From Hydrolagus affinis (lineage: Eukaryota), in assembly GCA_012026655.1 (NCBI GenBank), contig JAAILG010000602.1, positions 1-64,000 of the forward strand: DNA of 64,000 nt, written 5' to 3'. Under the pieces are notes generated by a model, which did not search any database, was not told the DNA's origin, and saw nothing but the letters and a program-made list of their open reading frames with translations. A program made the position numbers and the translations under genes. This document shows, in pieces, positions 34,601 to 46,600 of this stretch. How positions within the stretch are numbered: the stretch's first letter is position 1; each line of letters begins with the position of its first letter.

Positions 34601-37600
34601 CAAGTCTGAAAAGCAGGCAAAAAAAATGTTAAAGGTAATAATAATATTAATCCTTGTATTTGATAAAGCGCTTTTCACGTCTTATCAATATCTCAAAGCG
34701 CTTCACAGAATATACTGTAAAGTGAACTGACTGTATATTTTGTGGGCGAAACATGGCAGCCAATTGCGCACAGCAGTGTCCCACAATTGTGGATTGAAAT
34801 GACCAATTTTATTGTGTTTTTTTTTGGACGGATTACTATTAGGTGTGTGGAGTAAGCGATGAGCTGAGAATACAGGTACTGTTCACAACTCAATCCTGGA
34901 GTCCCTCGCTCCTTCATCTTATTCTTTGTCCATCTTAAGACACACCACTTTCGATCATTATTCGCCTTGCCTACCCTTTGGCTCAGGTGCCCAGCCAGCA
35001 GTATCCAGAGCGTAGAACCATCATCCTGACATGAAAGCCATTTGTATTAATGTAAACTAAATTGTTTTATTGCTCTTTCAGTAATAGCATTCTTTGATTT
35101 ACTGTTACAAAGAAACAGGAAGCTGCATGGAAACACCAATCTTATGCCTTAGAATACAATTGGTCTCCTAACCTCTCAAAGCGTGCCTTGCTGCACAGAT
35201 GGTAGCAGAAGCCAGGCCGCACACGTCCAGCTCTGCCTCGTCGCTGCTCCAAATTTGTCTTGGAAGCCCACACTGTGGCATAGTTGGTCATGTTGTTATG
35301 AGATGTGAAAAGCTTCACTTTTTGCCTGGAAAAAATATAAGCAAGTGAATCCAAAATCTAATAACCGGCTGCCACTATAAACAAAATGGGTCCCAAACTG
35401 TCTGATAGCCATTAGTTACACAAATACTTAAAATTATATCTGAATGAATGTCATCTGCTACAGAGTTGATTATGAATCTTTTGTGCAACAACAACTTTCA
35501 TTTATGTAGCGCCCTCCACACTAAACAGCATCTCAGAGCACTTCGCAATAGCGGAGCCCGAGGCTGAACCAGGGTGAGGGGAATGGTCTTCAGGCTCAAC
35601 CTGAAGATGGAAAAGAAGGGGGTGAGGCAAAGGGATTGAAGAAGGGAGTTCTAGAGCGTAGTGCCTGAAAGCACAGCCGCTGATGGTGGAGCAGAGGATT
35701 TGGGGGACAAAGAAGGGCCCAGACCCAGTAGAGCAGAGGCAGCGGGTACTGCTGTGGGGAGAGAGGTTGGAGAGGTAGGGAGGTGCAGAGGAGTGAAGGG
35801 ATTTAAATACAAGAGTGAGGATCTTGGAAGTCAATCCGCTCTGTTACAGGAAGCCAGTGAAGTCTGGAGAGGGATCAGGGATAGAAGTTTTATTTGGATG
35901 AGAATGCGGGCGGCGAAGTTTGAGCTGGATTTAATGAATTGTGGCGGAGGGAAGACTGGCGAGGAAGGCATTGGAGTAGTCCAGCTGAGAGGTGACAAAG
36001 GCATGGACCAGGGTTTCAGCAGCTTTTGGGGTGAGATATTGGCGGGGATAGGCAATGTGGTGGAGATGGAATAAGGTGGTGCTGATGAGGGACCAGATGT
36101 GGGGGAGGAAAGATAATTGGGGGTTGAACCTGACCCCTAGGCTGCATATGGGTTCGGAAAGTTTTAGGGGCAGGTCGGGTAGATGGAGAAGGTGAGAACT
36201 GTGGGACTGAAGATGTCAATTAGAGCCAAAGAGTATACCTCTGTCTTGTCAACGTTTAGTTGCAGGAAGTTTGCGCTCATCCAGCTCTTTTATACATTGC
36301 AATGCAAATAAGACTCATCTTTCACACAGACTTGAAAACTGTATATTTGTAAAACATGTGCTCTTAGGCTCAGAAAGGTTACTAAAGTCTCAGCTACCTT
36401 TCTGCAGAATCCTAAACCCAGAGAAACTAGTCACTCACTTGCATGAATCAATGACATAAACCACATCATTAATGGTGATACTGGTTTCTGCAATGTTTGT
36501 TGCCAAAATAACCTGCAAATAAAATGGAACAGGATTAATCCTCACCATTTAAGGAGCTTCAAAAACAAGACTACTGCTTATATGCCGCAATTCCATATAA
36601 TAGTTACCAAACAAAAAAAATTATATTTAGAATCACAGATACAGTTGTTGAAAGTGATTGATTGGCATTAATTTCTTAAACTATTGACACCATCGTTTTT
36701 CAGAAGATTCCCAAATACCGAAAATGTTTCTACACAAAACAAAAAAGGGGAAGATAACAAGGTCAGTTTCTCCTTCTTCCCACACCCCGTCAAACCGCCA
36801 CTGCCAAATTACATTTGTCTAGTGCCTTTCACATCAAGAGGACGTCCCAAGGCACTGGACAGTCAGGGAAAAGGACCCGATCTGGGAGTTGGGGTCAGGG
36901 TGGGTGAAGGGCAGGAAGGAAGGGATAGGAAGGTGACCAAAGAGTAGGGTTTTGAGATGTGCCTTGAGTGAATAAGGTTATTATTTCCATCTTAAGAGTA
37001 TTGTAGTTGAGCGATATGAGTGTTCGAACCTTTATGACGCCTGGTGGCACTGGATCAAACACCCTTCGCTGTTCTTCCCTTGGAATCTGGGAATGCAATG
37101 GCAAAATCCGATACCTGTGGCTGCCTGCAGGTGGAAAAAGTGAAACTGTATTTAATACAGCAACATAATGTGTTATAAACAACCTCAGATTAGCCAAGTA
37201 AATAGAACCTTGAGCAAATGCAGTCACTTTACCTTATTAATTTGGTTTAAGATCCTCATCCTCACTTTCAAAGCCCTCCACAATCTTGCTCCTTCCTAAC
37301 TCTGAGAGCTACTAACATTTTACCAAGTTTCCCACTCTCAGCACACTTGCCTACTCCATGTCCCCCACCCTGCTGGCACCATCATCAGTGGTCAGCCTTC
37401 AGCCCACACCCCCTGAAACTCCATGCCAGAATCCCTTCGCCTTGCCCCCACCATTGGCTCTTTCAGTATCCATCTCAAGATCTTGCTCTTTGACCGTGAC
37501 TTTGGATATCCTCCCAGCCCTATCCCTCTTGATTCTAACGCCCAGCTTGGGTGCTAACCCTTCACTCTTCAGTGCCTTGGGACATCAATCTACAATCAGT

Positions 37601-40600
37601 TGTTGTTGCAGATAGACATTATGTGTCTCTTAACATATCCATTTAATGATACATTCAATGCTTGAAGGAAAAATAACCCAGTTTCAGTTTTTCACGTTAT
37701 CACTGCTTTAAGTTATTTCTGAGCAGATACGAAGTCACACAACGGTTGAAAGTGTTCAGCCACTACACCCTGAAACTCTGGAACATTCTCACTCAATCCC
37801 TCCACTTTGCCCCCTCCCTTCCTTCAAATCCCACACAATCCCCGGCTCGGCTTCAGATTCCGCCAGTGTCAAGCGCTCCAGGACGCTATATAAATATATG
37901 AAGGGTGCTATATAAGTGCAAGTTGTTGTTTCCGCAATGGGACCTCAGTATAAGCACCATTTATTGATATGTCAAGAGTGCAAACCAGACAGAACTAAAG
38001 CTTAACAGAGACATACCAAAGTGAGGGTTTGATTCCAGATGTCTCTGCATCGCAAAAATCAAGTTCCAGCCTGGCAAGAAAATGAGAACGGCACCATCTA
38101 CACCATCCAGTGTTTCAATGTACTTGAGCAAAGCTTCAATAAGCTCAAATGGCGTCTCCTTTTCACTCATCTGGGCCATAACACGCTTCGTTTCCGGACC
38201 ATAGTCATCACTGCAGATGTTGTTACAATTCACCTAGCAATACAGACGTTCATTATTATATCCTAGGAAGCTTGGCTCCAGCAGCAATGTTTAAATTAGA
38301 CATGTTGAAATCGGGGACAGTTTTCTAATCCACTGCCTCATAGTTCAGGAAAAACACTGATTACTGAATAACTTCCTAATTCAAATATAATTTAAATTGT
38401 ATCAGGTCAGCTTTGCTTTCAAATTTTATGCAAACATTACCACTACTGTTTTGAAACAGAATACTTTTGTTTGCTGCAGCTATAAGTTGATAATCAATAG
38501 TCCTTCAAGCAGAATTCAACTCACTTTCCTTACCAATTCATAATCCAATTAACACCATGTAAATTTGTTTCAATGCTTTCATCTGTCTGAAAAATAGTTT
38601 ATTGTTTCATTTTGCAGTTGACTGAATAATTTCTAACCAAATATGTGGATAATATCAGTTTGTACCTCCTCATCTTCTCCTCCATCCTCATCTCGGTCCT
38701 TTTTCTTTTTGTCTCTTGGCGGAGGGATGAACTGAGTCATCTGCACACAGTCTTCGAGGAAATATTCTGGAAGAACAAAAGGTGCTTCAACTAAGTGGAA
38801 AGCAGAAACTGAAGCTTCAAAAAACTACTGATATGAAGAAAACCAGAAAAGGAAGTAAAAATTATACGGGTTTAATTTAGCAATGTTCGCCTAAAGAAAA
38901 ACTATGCAGTAAATCCATGAAGTGCTTTGGACACTCTCATGATGCAAAAGATGTAATAAAAATTATTCTTGTATTTTATATAGTGCTTTTCACATCTTCT
39001 AGACATCTCAAAGCACTTCACTAAGTGAAGATAATCTTCACTTCAGATTGTAAAGTGAATTGACTGTATATTTTGTGGGCAAAATGCAGCAGCCAATTGC
39101 ACACAGCAGTGTTCCACAAACAGTTGTGGTTCCAAATGATGCAATTTATTATGGATTTATTATGCTTTCCCACCCCCCACAACCGAGCGATTATCAGGCC
39201 AGGAATTGAAGCCAGGTCTCTCGCTTGGAAGACAAGTGCTCTAACCACTGAGCTATAAGGACTCCACAAATAATTTTGTTACGATAATAATAATCCTTGT
39301 ATTTGAAATAGCGATTTTCAAGTCTTCTAGACATCTCAAAACGCTTCACAGAATATACTGTAAAATTAAATGACTGTATAATTGTGGGTGAAACATGGCA
39401 ACCAATTGCGCACAACAGTGTCCCACAAACAGTCGTGGAATTGAAATAATCAAATTATTAGTTTTTTTTAAATAACAGATTGGTTTGAGTGTATCAAATA
39501 GGAACAACCCAAGAACAGTTAACTAAACAAATCATTCATTGACAAAAATAAAATAAATATTTGTGGCTCTTAATATGGCTAACTTTAGCCATCTCAAATA
39601 GCCATAATACGGCTAACTTTAACCAAATCAAATACTGTACTGTATAAGAATTCTTATTATAAAGGGCAGTGCATGCACATATGCATGTATTTCAAATTGA
39701 AGTCTAGTAAAACTCCCATTGAATTCAACTTCGAAATTACCTTTTCATACACATGTAAATGCAAAAGACAGTTGTATTTTGGAAACAAAAATAATGAATC
39801 AAAAAAGACTTAGATGGGGCAGTTAGTATGAATACATATGAGGCATTATTATTTAAATTTGCTCTGGGAAGAAATACAGATTTTGCACAATGGTTTTATG
39901 ATAGTGAAAAATATATGGCAGTTTCACACATTTTCCTTCAAGGCCAAATTGTGGTCATTGAAAATGACAAGATTTAAAGCTGTCTTTAAAGCTTTGATTT
40001 AAAAATGATTAGGATCCTTCAAATGAAGAAACATCCACGTTTCCTATAACTCACCTTGAACAGGGAATGTTCTTCCAAACACCTCTATGATTGGACAGTC
40101 AAAAAAGTATTCTTTGAACATGGTGGTATCAATAGTGGCAGACATGAGAACGATACGGACATCAGGATAAGCTTGGACAACATCCCTCAGAACCACGAGA
40201 AGGAAATCCGTCTGAAGGACAAAGTAGAATCATTTTAGTTTAACAAACAATATTCATTAGATAACAACGAAGAGGGGTGCATCCATCAAATCTATGACAA
40301 TGAAATAAAACCAAGGATTTGTAAATATATAATAATCCTTGATAACAAATAAAAAGATCTACATTATAATGTGAATATATATTTTTGCTGGCTATACACT
40401 ATATTTTGAGGACAAGACAAAAATGAAATGAATAAAATCCCCCAGCTGAAAAAGCAAATATGAAAATTAAAATAGCTACATTATAAATCCACGTGGAACC
40501 ATTTAACATTACTCACATTAATATCTCGCTCATGGATCTCATCCACTATTACATGGCTGATGCCCCGAATGCCAGCTTCCAATTTCCTCAGGAGTACACC

Positions 40601-43600
40601 TGAAAGATCATAAATCACTTACTTTTAAAAAGAAAGCAATTTATTTGGATGCATACATCAAATTCATATGCTGGTATTTAATGTCACCAAATCAGTTCGA
40701 CACTCTTTTAATCCAAAACAACAAATTACAACTCATCTATTAAGAATCCTGCATTGACTCATGTTGATGCGCCAAAGCTCTCTTAAATGCTCAACAACTG
40801 GATTATGTGAAACAGAAAGGTACAAGATCTCTACTCTGCGATAAGTTAACTAATCTGATCTGCAGATTGCTAAACTCCAGGGACAACAATTTTGAAATTA
40901 GACTTGCCTGAAACACCTCACTATTGTTACCCAGCTTCCTAGAATCCTTCTTGATAACCATCAAAACTTCATTCAAAACACAAAGTCTGCTCTTTCTGAG
41001 AAGAAGCTCAGTTTCCTTTATATTTGTTCATATCAATTAATCCTTTGAGGATTGCATATAATCTTATCCACAACACAATACTAACCTACAGTACAGAACA
41101 TTATGCTGCCATGGGGTCTTGGCAGTACAGATTCAAAACGAACACTGTAACCACAGCTGGTACCCAGCTCTTCTCCACGCTCACATGCTACACGCTCCGC
41201 AACTGAAACAGCACTAATCCTTCGAGGCTGCAAAACAGAACAAGATGAGTACAGTGACGGAGGACATAAGAATTTGCATCCATACACAGAAGTGTGCCCT
41301 TTATGGATTTTGAGGTAAAATTTTAATGTATTACTAAGAAAATAATTTGAATAGGAAAGAAAAATAAATAATAGGCAGAAAGAAAAAAAGTATTCACTCA
41401 TATTTAAAGGCAAACTGTAAAACACTGATTTTTAAGGGGTACTTGGAAATTACCCATTAAGCAGTTTTAATCTTACTAATGTTGTGAACACAATGTTATA
41501 TTTTGTAAAGGAAGAATGTAAACATTCATAATTATATGCTCATCAAATTCTATATAATACAGACATGTTGAAGCATTTAACACAGCTGGCTGGGTACTTA
41601 AAATTAAGGGGAAGTTGAAAGGAAAGAGGTAAGATGACTGAATGCAAAGTCTAGAGTTCAGTCTTGAGGGGGACTATGCAATTAGGGAGCAAGTGGGAAA
41701 GACTCCAGGATGGCGTTCCAAAGAGCGGGAGAAGCAGTGGAAGGAGAAAGTTTTTTCTCTAACGTGGACTGAATGGTGTGAAATATATCTGACATTGACC
41801 TCAATAACTCTGTTCACATCTGTATAACTAGCTTCCTGCAGACCCACCTGTGTGACAACAATATTACAGTCAGAACCTCGGTTATTTTTGACGAAGTAAT
41901 CGAGGATGAATTGAGGAACTTGAGTTGTTTTACCACAACCTGTTTGACCTCGAATGATAATAACTGAATTGAAGCTGATAGCTTTGAGGATGTCGTCTTC
42001 AAATTTTTTCACTGGCAACAATTCTCTTTCATTTAGTATCTAAAGTGAAAAAAAGCACAATCAGCAACATCCAGGGCTTTTTTAAAAAAAAACACACACT
42101 CCCCTCATTCTCTTCCAAGAATACACAATCCTAGAATTTCTAAAAAGGAACATAAGGATATAATGGTGGATGGCTTCGTACAAACTATTATAGATATCCA
42201 GAATCTCATCTATGGACCAGAAGCTAATTGGTTTCATCCTTGGCTGGATGGAAATGCTAAATTGTCTCTAACATTCCCAGGATAAGAGATGAAACCTTGT
42301 ATTTGTGGAGTAGCCAAGTGGGGAGAAGGTCAGGGCAGGCAGTGTCGCCCTCTGCGGTAGTGGTCTACCAACGCTCACTACCATGGCTTACACATAAACA
42401 CGTGCCATTTAGCAGGTTATCAGAGAATAACCAAGAATTGTGGAATCACATCCCAGTAAGTGGAGAGGCAATATGGTAGCGGGGAGAGAATAAGAAAAAA
42501 AAATTGGAGCACAATGAATTTGCATTAAAAATACAGCCTATACATAATGCAATAATACATAATGAAACCTTATTGATGAGTTCATGAGAAATAATTCATC
42601 AGATGAAATAAACTTTTTGTGAGAACTCATGATATGGATATGCAAATTATACAAGAAAGGTACCTACTTGTTGTAGGTTGGTATCATTCTGCAGCTGGTA
42701 TTGTAGCTCATTCTTTAGGTCAGTGCTGATTTGCTCAGAAGTAGCCTATAAATATAAATATTTTGCATTTGAGTATAAATGTCGCTCGTGGAATATAAAC
42801 ACCGGCACGGATTAGCTGGACCAAATGGCCTGTTTTTATGCTGTACATTCTGAGTGATTGCCGTTATAGAATTGAAAGCTTTTGAAGAAAAGTTCAACTA
42901 TAATAATCCAATATTGTGCTTGCAAAACCTTCACGATTAGTAACCCACTTAAAGCACACAATGTGGATGGGAAAGATCCCGACTAATAGACAGATGGAGA
43001 ATATAGGAACAGGTCTAGGCAATTCAGCCCTTCAAGCCTGTTCCACCATTCAATTAGATCATGGCTGATCTGCACCTCAACTTATCCTGTCAATTACAAT
43101 TTCCCACTTTTTCACCCCATATCCCTTGATACCCTGACCTACCAATTTCCATGAATACTTGTATGACTATTTGTTTTCTAGTGAAAAAATAACAAACAGT
43201 TTGCGAATAATTAAGGAAATGTTGACTCTTAAAATGTAGTTTTTAACGACAGTTACTGTATTTCTACACCACATACATATGCAAGAGGTCCTTCATCTAT
43301 GTTGCTGCTGGTCCATGGATTCCAGTTCACTTGTGGCGGTGACCATGGCACAACCCCTGCTTGGCTCTGACGAAGAGACGGCTCAAAATGAGCAAGTTTT
43401 CCAACAGTAAGTGAAACTGGATTGCTGGGGTCTTCTGGCTGCAGAGATCAAACATTGCAGGTTAATATTTGTAATTGTTTGGTATAATTATACAGTTTTG
43501 CAAAGTCCATTAGACATTGAGAAAGCCAATGAGAATAAATCACATCAAAATGACTGAAAAAAACAGACCACTTAGGTCAACCACCATGAGATTTGATTTT

Positions 43601-46600
43601 CTATGAATATTTGACCGAAAAATAAGCGCAAGCAGAAATCTTCCGTGCCATTCTTTGGATAAGATTCAGGACTGAGGTCCTGAATGCCCATTGAGGTGGA
43701 TGGTAAAGATCCCACAATACTATTTGAAGAGAAAGCAATTACTCCAGGTGTCCTGGCTGACAATCTCCAGATGAAATTTGGCATTCGCTTCATGGCTGCG
43801 TGTGGGATATTGCGGTTCTCAAATTGGCTGCCGACTTTGCCAACAAAATACACAGTGATTACACTCAACAATAAAATCCAATGAATTATTTTAAGATGTT
43901 TTGAAATGTGATAAGATGCTACATAATATGTAAGCATTGCTATTCTGTGACTGTGAATGATTAGGGCCAGATTTCTGCACCATTTCCATAAAATTTGTTA
44001 CATTCCAAATGAACACACTGTGAGAAATATTCAAAGCAATTACTTACTGATAATGCAAGCTCCAACCCCAATTCGTGCACAGTACTTTCAAGCTGACGCT
44101 CCAATTCGTTTGTAAGGTTTAAATCGTAAGGCGCCACCTGAGTGATCAAGGATATCACACATTTTCAATGTAAAAATACTAACCAAATCAATCAGAAACA
44201 TTTCAGAAAAAACTTCCGCAAATCAGAATAAACAATTGCAACATAAAAAAAATTGAGAAAAGCATTTCAACTGGACACTTTTCTGGCAAAATGCACATAT
44301 TCAGGTGCATCTCAATCAGCAACCAGAGGATAATTTGAAGGCAATCTGCACCACATCCAGCAAAACAATTTGCCTCATTGAAAGGTGCAGAGAACTGGAA
44401 GGTGGGTCTCTGGCAGGCTTGTCATTCTGCAGGAACGTCTTGTGTAAGATCACTCATTTCATATCCTCCCATTTACAAATTGTGGATCACGCCTCTATAA
44501 TCATACTAGCCCAAAGCTGTACTATGTTCAATTTTCCATAAGACAACTCACCTTTTCTATGTCTTTCTTCTTTGTGTGTCCAGTGAAAGCTTCAATGATC
44601 CCTAGATGGTAAAGCTGCCTGACTAATGACAGAGCACATGACTGTGCAGCCAGTTTCTTATTTGAACCATGTTCACGGGCACTGATTTCTTAAAGGGAAA
44701 AAAATAACATTAATTTCATGTTCCAGCACATTTCAGATTGATTTTTGCAGCCACTCATTTCTATTGGGTGCGCAATAGAGCAGCAGGTCAAAGACAGATA
44801 AAAACCCAATTCAAATCACCCCCAGAATGCTAATGTTGTTCTATTTTGCAATTCGCCCACAAATATACAGTCAATTCACTTTACAGTTTATTCTGTGAAG
44901 CACTTTGAGACATCTAGAAGACGTGAAAAGCACTATATCAAAATGCAAAAACTATTATTACACTGTACAGTTCGCTCATAATATGAATTGAAATAAGTGT
45001 CCACTAATGAACACTAATTGTTTATTAGACCAATGACCACCCATCCCTGAAAATGAAAGAATCAGAAGGCTACTACCTGCGCAGAATTGAAATTTTCTGT
45101 TTCACTCTCAAAGTTAATTATTTAAGCTACAAAATTATTTCCTTTGTTCAATATTCCTTATAAAGGAGCCTTATTTCAATTCCTTAAAGATTTCCTATTA
45201 CTTTCCATCTAGAATACCTGGGGATACCTGGGAAAAAAGTCAGCACTTACTTCTTCCCAGCTGTCTCACATGAAGTGTCATCTCTGCAATAAAACTCCTG
45301 TAATGACATGCACAATATCAAATTAACCATAATTTCAAGCTGCGTAACAATATAACACACAAGTAAAGAAATAATTGATTGAATTTGATTCAATTTTATT
45401 TACCAGTCATAAAACACACCACAAATGAACATAGTTAGAACCAACTTCTGAGGCACAAGTGTGGAAGACATGTAATACATTTGATATTAGTTTATTTTTG
45501 GTACACACAATATGAAAATATGTATTATTATGTATACAGGTTACAGGAACTCTGCATTTTCCGGAGAACCTTTATATCCCAATGTTTCAGGTATGAACAC
45601 TTTTTGCTTTCAAAGGAGTTAAGGTAAATAAAACTGCCCCGTTGGCTCACATCAATATATTTAAACATATTTTCATGCAATGTAGTATGAAATAAAATAA
45701 ATGCATGTTTTTCAACCCATTGTTCAGTAGTTGCACATGATAAAACAATGCACAGTCTTCTGGGTGGGAAAATGCTGAACATCCCTGGAACTAGATTCTC
45801 TTCACTGGACTGTTGCAAACAGATAGTGATCACAAACACAACATGGTGTGTGAAACACTGAAGCATACAAGCATCTTAAATTGTTTTTTACATGCATTTA
45901 CCAAAACAGAAGCTTTAGTCCTGTGGTTCTTAATTTGCGATAAATAAATTATCTGTTGAAAGGAATTTACTTTTGAATAGGTCATTCATTCCCAGAATCT
46001 AGCTCCGGATCTACACATTTCTCCGCAGTTACTGAACATTCTTCCTTTTATCTGTGTCGCTCGCTTCCATTTCTGTATTTGGTAAACTGACCTCAAGCAC
46101 AGCAACTTCACGATTCAGAGAAGCCTGCTTATAAGCCCATTATCCACCATTCTTGGATGCCAGTATGTTTCTCTGCCAAACTCAGTAAAGTTCCAATCTC
46201 CAGCAGCCCTAGGACCCCTAGAATACCTACAGGAAAAGTGACACCAGAAATCAACAGCTGTGTATACCTGCTTGTACCATCATTCCTATAATGGAAGGAT
46301 ACCATGTGACAGCTTAGTGCAGCCTAAGCAACATCACATGTTTGCAAACGAGATTTCTGGTGTCACCAAACATACACACATAACCTTCCAGTAAAGAGAT
46401 TAGAACGAGTGACAACCTTGCGTCACTTAGATTCAAGTCAATAAATATTCTTATGACTTGGTCAAATGATTGTAGCCTACATAAACAAGTGAAACTTTCT
46501 GAAATTAAAGGACATGTACTGTATTCAAGTACCTTTCCCTAATAACTAGAAGGCTTGAAAACCTTTAATCACACAGCTATCAAAGAAGTGTACATAGTTT

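Noticed and set aside
46238-46366. H/ACA snoRNA interpretation of the intron 6 structure
   Set aside because: The two hairpins are short, adjacent with no ANANNA hinge, and enclosed by an outer stem, which does not fit the H/ACA layout.
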